A stretch of 64,000 bases of DNA, from the NCBI GenBank assembly GCA_030141605.1, contig JAQGDQ010000247.1, positions 1-64,000 on the forward strand, in the 5' to 3' direction. The stretch is from Tubiluchus corallicola. Its lineage: Eukaryota; Animalia; Priapulida. Made by a program: the position numbers and the translations under genes. The first letter of the stretch is position 1. Each line of letters begins with the position of its first letter. The notes under the pieces are model-generated. The model was not told the origin of the DNA and did no database searches. It worked only from the letters and a program-made list of their open reading frames with translations. Shown in pieces: positions 1 through 13,799 of the stretch.

Positions 1-55
1 CAAAGAAGAAGAAGAAGAAGAAGAAGAAGAAGAAGAAGAAGAAGAAGAAGAAGAG
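1..55. repeat. (AAG)n microsatellite
   Basis: Direct read of pure gaa repeats at the window start. Confidence 0.95.
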
Positions 56-289
56 AAGGAAACTCACTGGTGAGTAGGTTAATAAGTAATTACGTGAGAA
101 AGTGAATGAGATGAGTGAGTAACTTAGTAAGGAAGCCAGCAAGCAAGCAAGAAATAATTAAGTATAATCGATACGTAAGAACGTAGGCAAATAACTAAGT
201 AAGAAAGAAAGTAAGTAAGTAGGTAGGGCAGTAAGCAATTAAATAAATAAGTAGAACAGATATGTAAGATTTTTAACGTAAATAAGTGA

Positions 290-305
290 ATTAGTGAGTG
301 AGTGA

Positions 306-346
<41 letters not shown>
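290..346. repeat. (GAGT)n/(GT)n microsatellite
   Basis: Direct read; explains the 124..408 THTHTH ORF. Confidence 0.9.
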
Positions 347-347
<1 letters not shown>

Positions 348-1102
348 CCGAGTGCGTGAATGAGTATATGAGTAAGTTAGTGAGTGAGTAAGTAAAAAAA
401 GCAAGCAATTGATTACTTAATTATGTAAAAATAAAACTAGAAATACCGAATCAGCTCCACAATCAAGCTTGTACACTTGCAACCATGACTGCCAAGCTAT
501 TACTAACTTACACGAACATTACCTGTGCCATACGCATGAACACTTGCAAGACGCCTTTGCGTGCAACACAGATAAAAAATCCACGAGAACAAACAAAAAT
601 GTGAAACAAACAACACAGAGTAAACAGCTGAACAACCAGCTCTCTGTAGCTATGCAAACTCGCGAGGTATTTCTTTCCTACAATATTTATTGTGAGAAAA
701 CAGGATATCTGTGATAAGAACATCCTAAAGATGACGATTACAGGTAATTTTATTTTACAAGTCTGCCGTGTTTAGTTTCATTTATATATCGATCTGTCAC
801 GTGACAAGTTGGTCCGCTTAAATGCACATAATATAGTCACCAATACAGCCCAGCCCATAAACTTCAATAGCAGCTTCAAATGATCTCTAAGATTTGGTCT
901 TTTGTTTATCTATATATTTAATTTTGTTCAAGTTTTATCATCTTCTTCTTTTTTCTTCTTTCTGCTGCATCATTTTTTCTTGTAATGTAATACCTTGACT
1001 TACAAGTTTCTGGATAATTACTACATTTTGTAGGGCGCATTTTGTGACTGTATACGCCTATAGATAAACTCCAATATTTTATTTCTGAATTTACTAACTT
1101 AC

Positions 1103-1180
1103 TGAAGATTCCTCACTATCTTTCTTGTGGCTGTAGAATCCGTGATTCTTTGAATCTCTGCTGCTTTTGCTATGGGCAGT
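1103..1180 (-). other. Candidate 78-nt internal exon of an unidentified minus-strand transcript
   Basis: ctttAG acceptor and GTAAGT donor, length divisible by 3, two open frames (TAHSKSSRDSKNHGFYSHKKDSEESS or LPIAKAAEIQRITDSTATRKIVRNL). A ~44-nt intron to a further ctatAG acceptor near 1058 follows. No family recognised. Confidence 0.25.
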
Positions 1181-2334
1181 CTAAAGTCAGTTAATAAACG
1201 CATAAATACAGTAAATTACACTCGGTCATAGTAGACAGCGGAGTACTCCAGGGGGCAGTGTTGACACTGCGCTGCTGTGTGACACAAAACAGAAAAATGT
1301 CGAACAACAGCTTAAAAAACAGCTAACAGCTTAACGGTGGCGCCTCCACTTAATTTACGTTGGTCAGTTTACAAAATTTGAACAAGCCGTTTATGTAATA
1401 ATTTCAGTGGTAGTACGTGGAATTCCCGAGAAGGCCTCCGTTTCCGACAACGGGTGTTTTGCCGGACCCAACATCTTGATTTTTTCAAAATTTTGCAGAA
1501 AAAACATCTTAGCGGCGCATGTTGGGGGTCTTGAAAGAATTTATAGCTCTTTGGAAAGAGGAAGAATAGGACTATATGGTGGTGTGAATCTCTTTCGAGG
1601 ACGCCTCCAATGAGAGGAGCAGCTAGGATTTGATTGGAGGTTCCCTTTCAGACGATGCTCGCTTAGAGAAGTGCTGACTCAAAACCATTTTTCTGACATC
1701 ATTCTATTGCACTCTGCCTATGACTTAGCTTCAGCAGAAGCTGCTGGCTTTGCGCTAATGGTGATACCTAACGGACAATTAAAGTGTACGGATAATAAAC
1801 GAACACTGTGTAGGATGTTCACGCATTATTGATATTTATGAGAAAGATCTTCGGGGGGCATTGGCTAGTAATTTATTAATAATAAAAGTTTCATCTGTTT
1901 TTGTAAAAAACACATTCTTTTAAGACAAGTACTATCTTTATCAGAAACGAGGTCTTCTTAGGAACATGTTGTGCATTTAATGTGCAGATCCGTTTGAAAA
2001 ATATTTAGGCTTACAATTGAACACTGCAGACCATTTGGAAGTACATTTAATATATCTATAATTATTAATTACTTTATTTATATATGAAGAGGGACCGCCT
2101 ATTCAGTAGCTGACGTCCACCGTTATAACAAATTTGTGTCACGGCTCCAGAAGAAATTGAATCTAATTGATCACATAATTATATACCAACATACAATATA
2201 TATACAATATATAAATGCATTCACGCCTATATTAAATGTACTGAAGCCTGAAGCGTTCCATTGCAAGCCTAAAGGCTTTTCAAACGGGTCTGCTCATAAA
2301 GATCGTGTGTATAGATTTGAAGCGGTTTGGAAAG

Positions 2335-2650
2335 GGAAAACAGTTTCAGTCTAAATTTGTAAACTAAATTCAAAAATAGGAAACCGCTTCAATTAAAATT
2401 TTTTATAAAGCCACACATTTGTAAACTAAATTTTAAACTAGGAAAACAGCTTCAATTAAAAATTTTATAAAGACACACATTTGAAAACTAAATTCAAAGC
2501 AGCAATGCTAAGAAAACAGTTTTAGTCTAAATTTATAAAGCCACGCATTTGCAAATCAATTCAAAGTACCTATGCTACTAAGAAAACAGTTGCAGTTCTA
2601 AATTTTACAAAGCCACATATTTGTAAGCTAAATTCAAAGCACCTATACTA
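2335..2650. repeat. Degenerate ~55-65 bp tandem repeat (~5 units)
   Basis: Recurrent ttataaagccacacatttgtaaactaaattcaaa / aaaacagtt..agtctaaattt units. Confidence 0.75.
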
Positions 2651-3889
2651 CTTTGCACAAATATCATTCTACTAAAAAATTTCAAATCAAATACTAGGCA
2701 ACGCACCTGTCTGACAAAAACTAACTTTCTCACTTAGGCCGCTCACCTATCAAAGCTAAGTCTCCTGCGTCCCCACTTTCACCTGACGAAAGCTAGGTTT
2801 CTAGGCCCCCTTTAGCCTTCATTACACAGAGCACTTATGCATCTAAAGGCATCTTTAGACGCTAAAAATGACCAGTCCAGTAGCACTTACACACCCCATT
2901 CTGTCGTCATGCCAAACTACCCATATTGATTCGCCTTCTATAGTAATTTAGCCAGTTTTTTCCGACCCGGTAACAATGTGCATAATTACCATTCCGGCTT
3001 TTTCAATTACAACTGTAGCTGCTGCGAGGCGAGATCCAAGCGCAATACGGCGCACCGCGAGGGGGCATGGTCAGTGCTAACCTATTGATCACGTTACCTA
3101 GTAGATGTGACCAGTCGTGTACGGGGTTCCATTAACCTCTATCCTAGCTATTAATCACCATGGATGTAGCTGAAAACACCATCTCACAAAACGAGAAAAG
3201 CAGCAGGGGTATTGTTCATAATTTACCAGCATAGCAACTGCCTCCTCAACAAGATGATAAAATATTAAACGCAGAAAACTGGCGCTACCTAGGTGTAGAG
3301 AAAACACCATTGGCTATTGATGCCCTTGCTAGTGTGTTTGTGGCTAGCTTTATTGATGAGATTTCTTCATATGCGCGTTAGTATTTTTCTAATATCCGAG
3401 AGGCTAGTACAAGGTCCAGCGTTATAGCAGAACTATGCAAACAGTGGCTATAACTGATATCGTAATGTAATCTTACTGAAATATCTTCTTCTAAATCAGC
3501 GGATTGCAGAGTTCCAGCAATCTATATCAATTGCTACCAATTTCGAACTGTCATCTAATAATTTTTCATCGTTATACTTGCATGGCGTTAATTATTAAAG
3601 TAATTTAATTTGAAGTTAATTTTTTTCAATGACAATCAAAGCGAAAAAAGTAACGTCCTATTTCAATGCACTAAACCTGTACTTCATTTAATATCCAAAT
3701 ACAGAACACGTTCTTTGTCTGAAGGAGTTTCTTCAGGGTGAAACTTCTACCTTCCCATTTGTAATTCCGTCTTAGTCTGGACGCCAAGTACCTGCCCATT
3801 CAATGCACAAGAAAACTCTTTACTTAATTAGCTGCTCTTTCTTATTACTTAAGCTAAAAAACTTGTCTTGAAATTTTGTGTCACCAATA

Positions 3890-4300
3890 TACTGCCTTAT
3901 TGCACATAGGGCTTGCTTTAACAGTAACGCTGTATAAAACCTGTAAATTTAAACTCCTGCGATGACCGCTAGGCGCAATCATTTTAACGATAAGTCATTT
4001 GAAACAAGTTTAGATAACATTGCGTAAAGTTTGAAAAAATAATCAGCGTATTCGCAGCACACTCTTCACTAATAAGCAAAAGTATAAATTACTGCCTCTT
4101 GTCAAAAAGATTAAAGGTTCGTTTTTGGTGACTCAGTGGTGCACACTGGGAAGATGAGTCAGCGACATTTTACTAGTTGGCGTAAATTTTCTTTTCTAGT
4201 TACAAAAGTCTTTCAAACATGTAATCGTAATGGTGAGTAACATGACGTTGTGTAGACAGCCTTCTGGAACGTACATTAAAATTGCTTTTTCTTCCCCTTG
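3890..4300 (-). mobile_element. Dispersed non-autonomous DNA element, family 2 (Kolobok/T2-like TTAARGG end), inverted copy
   Basis: Reverse complement matches copies at ~26193-26600, ~56714-57130, ~58100-58330 and ~32785-32930 (shared tgactcaccaaaaa, cttttgcttagt and ttttttcaaactttatgcaatg blocks). Confidence 0.65.
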
Positions 4301-4485
4301 AAGCACCAAAATTTGGAAAAAAAGTTTATAATGCATCGATCGATGATCAATGTATCAATGTGTGAAACATATGTCACTACACATATTTAAATTTGACTTA
4401 GGTTTATTGATGCCAATCTGTTAAAGCTTAGAATCCTCAAAATCGAAAGCAGCTTATAAATAAATCTTACTGAACAGTTTTTTCT

Positions 4486-4599
4486 TAAAGGAAAACAGGA
4501 TATTTTTTCACGCAAGTCATTCTTGAAAATATAGTATGTTCGCATTCAATTTTCATAAGGCACAGTTATGGTTTAAAATTGTGTCCGGTTTTTCTTTAA
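4486..4599 (+). mobile_element. Short internally deleted Kolobok/T2-like MITE (family 1 termini)
   Basis: Begins TTAAAGGAAAACAGG and ends CCGGTTTTTCTTTAA (imperfect TIR with TTAA flanks); its interior matches the 3' part of the 41497 copy. Confidence 0.55.
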
Positions 4600-5139
4600 C
4601 CAATCATGAAAATACAGCATGAACTTCCGTTTCAGTTTCAAACATAATAGGGAATCTGTGTACTCGTAAAAACATTTTCGGTTACGTAATATTAACTTGC
4701 AAAAACGTTCAAGACTTCACCAACTTGTATATCATTTCACGGTTTTACCAACTGATTACTTTAGACCAAACCAAGAAGCACTTGTAGCAATTTAATGAAG
4801 CCATGTTAAGTACGCGTGCCTACATCCGCACACGCTTATGGTACGTAAGCAAGAGCAATACAGCTAATGGACGTTTGCGAAATAAAACCAAATTTTATTA
4901 TTAATTAACAATTTAGAGTTCTACGTGAAACAGATTTTAAATTTTTTCTATGAGTATGTTAGAATTTGACAGGAAATCGTTTTCCAGTAAACAAAAAATG
5001 TTAAAAAATAAATAATACTAGGTCAAGCTTATGAAATTGCAATTCTAAAATTCGTTGTATCTTGGAATTTTGAAAATGGAATAAAGTTGGTAGTATAACA
5101 TATCATAATTGTAGTATTTACTATTACAAATACTTTTTA

Positions 5140-5610
5140 TTAAAGGAAGACAGGATGAGTTTTCTCATATACTACTCCATTTTCAAGTCTGATAAAAAGC
5201 ATACATTTTAACAGAATTGATACTGCAAAAATGTTTCTGATAATTAAATAATAGATTGAAAACTTAATTAACGATGGGCGAGCCCAACTGCTGATGACAT
5301 CACAAACGAATATAATTTTCGACAACAAAAATATTCCACGAGCGTTTTGCACGTGTTTGTGAAAGTGAAAATTGAAGTACAGTGCTACTGTACGATATTC
5401 AGTGTGTCGTACTAAAACTTACACAAGTTTTAAGATAAAAATTCAAATTTTAAATTTACTGCTGCGCTCACGGATGAGCAGTCGAACGTGTGCAGTTCGT
5501 TACTGAACCGAGAGGTACAGCACCTGTTTTTTGTGCATTGCGTTTCCGAAATGCAGGCGCTAGTGTCCGTCTAACATGCGAACGGTGAAATGCGTGTAAG
5601 AGCAAACTAC
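5140..5610 (+). mobile_element. Kolobok/T2-like MITE family 1, 3'-truncated copy
   Basis: TTAAAGGAAGACAGGATG start; body is similar to the copies at 22327, 41497 and 58458 and the inverted copies at 53520 and 59745. Confidence 0.8.
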
Positions 5611-5945
5611 CTTATTGGACTCTTAAGCTAATGAAATTATGGCGCCCCCTCAGAGCGAAGAACTCTGTAACTCGCCCGCGCCCGTGTTGAATATTTTTTT
5701 ACTCTCAACATATTTTAGCGACATTTACATAGTTTGAACTAAGCTTATTGCAAATTCTTTAAATAAACTAAAATAACTATCTTTTATTTGTCAATAAAAA
5801 TATTCTTTAACAAATACCCCCATTTTACTATTTTATTGCAAACCAAATTAGCGCAAACGTAGTGATTTTTTTAACAAATGTTACCAAAGCTTGAGAGGCC
5901 AGAGGCTGCAGTCTAAACCATGTCTACAGGACAATCCAACCCTAT
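5610..5945 (+). mobile_element. Degenerate hAT-like MITE related to the 20142-20903 element
   Basis: Shares aaata.ctatctttt..ttgtcaataaaaatattctttaa.aaatac and aagcttgagaggcc with 20296-20340 and ~20850. Confidence 0.5.
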
Positions 5946-6162
5946 ACGTAAGTTGTACACGTATATTAGGACAGACTTCTGAGGCCAATCGATTAAGAAC
6001 ATTTAACATTATAATGTTATTTATAGGTGTGACAGTACTGAGTTTACTACTTATGTTTGGTCACGAGTTACTCTGATCGTGGTTTCTGAACGGCAAGCAA
6101 GCTAAACGCCTTCAAGATGATAAAAAGAAAAGGACACTTGCACTGCATTTTTTCGGAATTCC

Positions 6163-6176
6163 GTCTCCATGGTAAC
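6163..6176. promoter_or_regulatory. Near-perfect RFX X-box (GTCTCCATGGTAAC)
   Basis: Matches the GTYNCCATRGNAAC consensus inside a GC-richer non-repeat island. Confidence 0.5.
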
Positions 6177-8404
6177 GGGGCGTGCCTTGCATCTTGGGCA
6201 ATCGAGGAATCTGCATTAATCGCAATGACGGAAAGAGTGGTTCTGCGTAAATTACTCAGCGTCCAGCAGCAGGAGAGATTAGAATGCAGCGCTAGCAAGG
6301 GATTTGATCAACGTCCGGCGAATGGTAAGGGGTTAGAATGGAAAGAGATGGCCGCTACAGTTCGAAACGCGGCGACCATTTTGCAGAGTATAAAGTTACA
6401 AACCACTCACACAAAACAAATAAGATATCAAAGTATAGAGAAGCAAGTAGCAAGCTGCTACGAGTATTCGATTATGTCGATTTAGCGTGGTCATTCGATA
6501 CTTTAGAAGTAGGCTATCTTTTGTATGTACGTTTCGTAAAATATTCCCCATAGTGTACATGGACAACTCAGCATCTCTAAAACAGTAACAACTCTCTGCA
6601 TAACTGATTCGTTAGCTTGGATTCCAAACAAAAGATAGCGTCGTTCTAGTAGTTGTAGTCTCTAATTTTAGTTGGCATATAAAAAAAACGCCGGATACGG
6701 GGCACAGAACTATGGTCTGGAAAGACTGGTCACAGTTATCGTTATGATAGATTTAAAACCGTTCAATGCTTTCTACATTTGCTCGAAAAATAAAGAGGTT
6801 AGTGAAATTTGCAAATCGCTCAACCGGAAGTCATTCTCGCACAAATTCAGGTTCGTGTTTGTGGAGGGAGTTAAAGAAACATTTGTGAAAGACCTACAAA
6901 AAATTGCCATTGTTGGTAAAAAGTCATGTATCTCTTTAATTGAATAATGCGCATGCGCGGCACACAGAAATTTGCGGAATGCAAACAATACTCAAATTTT
7001 TGTTTACCTCAACAGCGGGCTCTGTAAAAGAAGCAATTATTTTTTAAAAGCAACCGATTCTTTTCAGATCACCGAGTGGATCAAAATACTGAGCAATAGT
7101 TTCAGGCAATTATATAGAGGGCGCCATGTGCCAACTCGATTATTGATTGTGATTGACCAGCGGTCAGTGGGCAATAATGACCGGTTTCGTGTGCAGAATT
7201 TATGCATTTTTATTATACTCCTATACTCCAATAGCTCACATGTGTTTGAAATTGCAAGCTATATGCTTTTGTAATAGCAATGTATGAAAGTTCAGGCTAT
7301 TATTATACTGTATGAATGTGTACGACATTTTTTCTAATTTCCAAGATGGACTAATTCAAAATGGCGTATAATGAAACGCTATCGTAGGCCTACAATAAAC
7401 CAGTCAACGAGTAAAAGTTTAAAGTTGAAAAAGTAGGCTGCAAATATTCTAAAATACTGATTTTTCAATAAAAATTTAGGATTATAGGCTTTATTATAAT
7501 AGGAAAATAATGATGTAGGCTTACTATTATAATTACTGTCTACATTCTTGTTTTGTTGAAATCATCATTATTATTATTATCATCATCATCATATGCCCGT
7601 TACGTCTACTGTAGACATTAAGCAGGTAAAATTCTAAAATAAACGAAATCTGCCCTCAAGATCAGTAAGCACGGCAGTAATTCAGCAAAAAACTAGACAC
7701 TGCTATGCCAGTGGCTTGTCAGCACCACTTCCGAACCACACCTGATTTTGTTCAAATGCATGTTAATTTATACAGGAGTCAATTTAAGCCTACTGTGTTA
7801 AAAATACAGATTATTCATATGCTAATGGTGGGGAGTATTATTAAAATACTATAAAAAAGTGAGAATTTTTTTAGTTACGTTGTGTATAGGTTTTTCGTAC
7901 TTCAGCTGTATACATATATATATACATTGACGTCACGAGGTATTATTTGTACTTGTTCGTCATTAATTATTTAATGTTTATTACCTGTATAGGGTAACGA
8001 TCGTAACGCACCTGTATTGCCAAACTTAATTGACTTTGACACAGGTATATACTGCATATAAACTGGACTGGGTACTCAGAGTGTGGTAATAATGATGCTG
8101 TATAGGGGCAAATGTGTGCTCCAGCCTTTACGCTGGAGTAAGGCGACATTAACTTGATTAATTATATTCGTCGTAAAAATTATTAATTTAATTACCTTTA
8201 AGCCTAAATTCGCATGCTATTACTTTTTTAAACCATCTTCAGCGAAAAACAGACAATTTCCAAAATCAAAAAATATCATAAAAATATCACAAAATAAGTG
8301 AATTGAACAACAATAGCTAACGTCACTTTTTCATTCAATTTAATTTTATTTACGGTGATTTCCATTATCGTAGATTGGTAAACTCGGTACATCTTTGTCC
8401 AATG

Positions 8405-9045
8405 GAAAGGACAAATCACTTAGCGTGTTGGGTTTATCTTACTGTCATCACTGAAGCTTAGATAAATGTAACAAAGAAAGTTCCAAAAAAACTGTCTATG
8501 AAGCATAAGTCATTTATTTCACATTGCACATTTACAATAGTTACAATATCTAGTGAAAGGGCCTATAATGAACATAATACAAATAAGAAAAGCCTCAAAC
8601 ACGGTTCACCTATATACGAATGTAAATGTGTTGCGGGAAATCAAAAAGCAGGGCTTGTTAGATTGTCCCACACAGTGATAGAAAAAAAGTAATGGAAATA
8701 ATCTGAAAATTTAAAGTGAACCGTATGATAAAAAAAAATTAGTACTTAAATGGAATGATGAATCTCATATATGAGATGATATAAAAGATAGAAAGACTAT
8801 TATTTGTTAATAGTATGTAAAATTAAGATAACTTTATTAAGATACCTGTATTAAGATACGAAATAGTTATATAGTTAATTTTCATCAGCGCTATATAGAA
8901 ATTTTTAGGCGCCGTGACAGCCGCCATTGATTGAATTGAAGATTATGATGTAACTGCAGGACTTCGTGAGTTTTTGGCATCGTAGCTTTAAGTAAGCACG
9001 CGCCGCTTAAACTAATTCAAACTTCTGAAGCTTATCTAGTGTTCG
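8405..9045 (+). mobile_element. Dispersed DNA element family 3, interrupted by a LINE 3' end
   Basis: The gaaaggaca..tcact...tatgaagcataag and attatga.gtaa..gc.ggacttcgtga blocks are shared with 38572-38850. Confidence 0.55.
8503..8670 (-). mobile_element. LINE 3' end fragment
   Basis: Reverse complement of 57197-57395, which ends AATAAA followed by an (ATGACTT)n tail. Confidence 0.6.
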
Positions 9046-10800
9046 TGCAACATTATCACAAAGCTAGTTATCTAATGTTTTGTAAAAATTTATTATGACA
9101 TGCAGTGCACAGTTTTTCTTAAGGCGATCAACGCTCCCCATACCAATGAAATAAGTCAAACTTCCCAGAAAGGTTTGGCCTTTTCTTTTAGCAGAGAATA
9201 GCTGTAGGTAAATTTTCAAGAAGCGTGTACAGTGTATATACCTTTCCATACCTATGCAGTTCGATCAATACGACAATAAGTACAATTTTCGCATTAATGT
9301 GTTCAGAAATTTATGGTAAATAGCGACAATTAAAGCTAGTTTATTTACGACGCAGAACAAACAACAATATATATATATATACCTACTTCCCTATAATAAA
9401 TCTTATACGCAGTCGACTGAAATCTAATATCTCTTCTATCACATTTCCTGCTCGCTTCTAGTTTCAGATGTGGAGGAGATTCGAGGTTAAAAAAAGAAAA
9501 AATAACATCTTTTTCTGTGATATGTCTAACCGCTTTTGCCAACAAGACGTTTTTCCCAAATGTATAATAGTGACAAACTATTTCCGGTGTTGTGCGAATT
9601 TAAGTCGGTGATTAAGTCGGGTTTAAGTCGATGATTTGATCGGTCACGTTGCTGAAAACGGCTACATACACAAATTGTTTTCAAAATTGATAAACATAAT
9701 TCGATGCGTATGAAAAGCTTAAAAAGTGCAGCCATTAAAATAAACGATGTTTAAACATATCACCGGGCATGACTTACACTTCAATAGTCAGCCAGTGGGC
9801 AAATCTTTTTGCATTTTTGCAACTTAGCTGCTATACAATTTCATTGAACATGCTAACATGCTCTCTGTGCATTTTTCTCAAAATTAATAATACTGATTAC
9901 GGTATGAATTAAACCTTACGTAAATTATGTACCAACAGTTGAATTTACATTAATTTTTTATTATTGTCATAATGATTATAATTTTTTTATTACCGTGTTA
10001 CATGTATAATGAAGTGTGACTCATCAGAACCATCAAGAGCACCTAGCAAATAATTTACTGGAATAATATTTTACAATTTTGCCTTGCCTTCTGTTCTATT
10101 GCTGACAATGGTTTGTAATTTAACGTAGAGCATTTCACAATTATGTTTTTACTTGTGTTTTTGAATAATGTGTCTTTTGTTCGATTTAGATTTTGCCAAT
10201 GTATTCTGTGATTGAAGTATTTGCTTAATAAAATTGAATTGCATTGTGCGCTTGTAAAACTTTAAACCTTAAACTTAACACTGATGTTCGAGTTCCATTT
10301 TCTCGTTTTTTAATCAACTTTTCGGTGACTGTGTTTAATTCTCACAAAATATTTGTTTTTTTTATTTATTGCACATAATTTTTACAGAAGACTTACACAG
10401 AAATAAAAAATATTAAGAACTAATACATGCACGAGGTATACGGCAAAAGTATAAAGAACAGACCTATAACAGCTATACAAACGAGTTCAGATTAATAGTT
10501 TATTCCACTAAGATATGTCAAATATGGTAGATCGAATGGGACCGTATTTTGCAGCGGAAAAAAGGCGATTCTAAATTCTTTTGCTAAAATTTTCATAAAT
10601 TCAAACCCCTTTCTTCAACTCTATTTGGAACAGAAATAACTCTTTTTGACTTAACCCTATCACAAAAGCATTTATTCGATAAAAGACTGTTTGTCCTGCA
10701 AGCCTAGTGCGTACTTGTGCTTTCTATATACAGTAAATATACAGTCAGCATCATAGCTAAAACAAAGCCTTAATTTATAAACGTTCTGTCCACACCTTAC

Positions 10801-10863
10801 CTGGAAAGTGCTCATACAGCAGGTAATAATGAATCTATTCACCATCTGTCCCGTCCAAAATAA
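10801..10863 (-). other. Candidate 63-nt exon
   Basis: gttccAG acceptor and CAG|GTAAGG donor; open only in phase 0 (LFWTGQMVNRFIITCCMSTFQ). Confidence 0.25.
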
Positions 10864-10969
10864 CTGGAACAACAACTGCTAGCGGGATATACACCGAAAA
10901 CTATCACATAAAATTATAGCTGCTATGTCCGGTTAAAATCAAAAGCTCAAAAACAGTTCCATAACTTAC

Positions 10970-11280
10970 AACGCCTGGAACTCGGCGAATGTACAGTAGC
11001 ACACAATAAATACGCTCATATCATCATTCTCAATCAGGAAATTGTTGTCAAACAGTGGCAGCTGGCAGTGGTCATCGTACAGAACTGACCGGTCTTGGCC
11101 GTCATGCAATAAGTATTCGCTTGTGCCTGTGCTTGGACACTCCTCCAGCGCATGGACGATTACGTCCAGCGACTGCACTCCCTGACCTGCGTGCTAATGC
11201 TGTTCTTGGTCAGCGAGTCAGTGATCTCGCGCTGGACAGTGAATGCCTGCTGTTCTAATATGCGCGTTTGCTCCCGCAAA
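10970..11280 (-). other. Candidate 311-nt exon with no full-length open frame (UTR or lncRNA exon?)
   Basis: Strong ttttttttcAG acceptor and GTAAGT donor; GC-richer than its flanks; stops in all three frames. Confidence 0.3.
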
Positions 11281-11894
11281 CTGAAAAAAAACTCGTTCCG
11301 TCGGACACTAAATTTCTTTTTGTATCTACTGTCATATTTTTATGTAAAATTTTGTCCTAAACTTGAAACTTTTATAAAATTTTAGGTAAAATGGACATAA
11401 AATTGTTTGCTGTCATTACCGACCTAATTAGATGTAGGCCTAATTAGCTTAGGTCTTAATTAGGTCATTCATTATATATAAATTATAAAAGGGTGATTAC
11501 AAAGATACTGAAGAGCAGTTTAAAATTCTCCATGTGGCCTGGGTCTACATCAAACTTTGCGCTGTTCCCTCCGTTATTTCATCGCGCCTGATTCTGTATT
11601 TCTTTTTAGAAATTAACTTTCTGAATTCGATTCTGTAAATTTTGGAAATTAAACTTTCTATTTTCGTACAACGGATACAAATTTTCTGATGGGTTACAAG
11701 TCTCAGTTGTTGAGCATTATATATACATTATACAGCATACATTATCTTGAAAAATTCACTGAAATTTCTCAAATATAGTTTTTATAGTCATGATCAATTT
11801 TCAGCATTTACTGCAGTACCCTAGAAGTATAGCACTTGTAAATAATTAATGTTTAAAGAACTAGTGAATTTTGAACGTTATGCTTTGAAATAGA

Positions 11895-12278
<384 letters not shown>

Positions 12279-12441
12279 TTTTGAAAGAAAAGCTCATCAA
12301 CACCCACGCGAAGTGCTCGTCTGACGTGTGCATATTCCACCAAACCGGGTTTTAACCTATTCATGTTTAAGCACCCGTTTCAGTGGCACGTGGGCCCAAG
12401 TAGAAATCTGTTTACTCTTGTGATCAACAAACTTGACGCTA

Positions 12442-12453
12442 GGGGGCGGGACC
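12442..12453. promoter_or_regulatory. GC-box (GGGGGCGGGACC) in a small CpG-rich patch; possible promoter
   Basis: Sp1/KLF-type motif; CpG density at 12300-12460 is above background. Confidence 0.25.
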
Positions 12454-13004
12454 GAAATGCTGTTCTAAAAAGTTGATAGACAAAAAAATCATTTTACTTG
12501 AAACTGAAGAAGAAATTTAAGCTGTAGCTGTGTACAATTTAGGTGACGATTTAGATTTCAATAAGTATAATAAGAATTAATTTAAATGACAAAAAAATTG
12601 GTGAATTTTTTTAAATGGGCTGCATAATTTCATTTTTCGCCTATTTTGCTAATTCCTCAAGGTATAAAATATTAAAATATAGGTATTACTGTTACACTTT
12701 TACACTTTTACTTTTACTTTATACTATCATAAGTACAAAAAACATAGTTTTCTATCGGAAAATCAGTACTTTTCTCCTAATGTTTCTCGTGTTCTTAATT
12801 TATTTTTACCAAGCTGTTTTTACACAACAAATCGAAAACGCCAAAATAAATTATTAATTAGCGAAAACTGAGCTACCTAAACTCATTTATCATTGAAATC
12901 GTTTGAACCACTTGGTCACGTGACTAGCTTCATGCGATTCTAATCAAAGAACGTAGGAGCATTAATGGATGATGAAATCTCTGATGATGAGCTGTTGGTG
13001 GTAA

Positions 13005-13140
13005 CGACGATGAAAACAACAAGATGATGATGATGATGATGATGCTGACGACGACGATGGTGGTGACGACGACGATGATGATGGCGATTGACGATGATAA
13101 TGCTGACAACGACATTGACAACGACAGCGACGACGAGATG
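13005..13140. repeat. Degenerate (GAT/GAC)n repeat
   Basis: Direct read. Confidence 0.85.
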
Positions 13141-13799
13141 CAACTCCCGCATGCATGTTTAATTCGTTACCACACAGCTAATCACTCAGACAAGACTGTA
13201 AAACGTGTTCGGATGAAATTTATGCGGAATATCGAACGAAAGCCAAGAGCCTCCTGCAACGAGTTCCATGCAAGTGAATTGAATATTCATGAACTGACCC
13301 TTTAATCTGCGATTGGCTATTATAGGCGAGTACTGTATTGGCATGGCTCGCAGATAAAGAACTGTGGACTTAGATCAATACATGTATTGATAATAGGCAG
13401 TGACCATCAGTTCAGCTCTAACAGGAGCAAAGCACATTGTGGAGCCTGTGCAGAATTACAGGAACATACAGGAAGACAGGAAAACAGGAAAGTAAAGGAA
13501 AAATGGAGAGATAGCGGGAGAAGAAAAGGAAGATAAATCGTAAAAGTTTAATTGGTTGATGAATTGTTGTAATCGTGGACTGTTTCTTTAAAATGTCACT
13601 ACTTTGCCTTTTTCATTTCTTTCTTTCCTTTCTTTTCTTCTTCTTTCCTTTACCCCTCTTGTTCCTTTTCTTTTTGTGCAGTTTCCTTTTCTCTCTTTTT
13701 TCTTGTCTGGTGCTTGTTTTGCTTTGATAGTTTTACTTTTCTTAAGTTTTCTTCCCGATTTTCAGTTTCTTTTCCGTATTCTTTGCTGTTGTCTTTGGA

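Noticed and set aside
11030-11153. Minus-strand ORF ending TCC TGA as an antizyme +1 frameshift site
   Set aside because: The +1 frame hits a stop immediately (GAT TGA), and the antizyme context is absent.
11152-11385. + strand ORF MDDYVQRLHSLTCVLMLFL as an innexin N-terminus
   Set aside because: Only a superficial DDxVxRL resemblance; it lacks the QYVGxPIxC motif and has no downstream exons.
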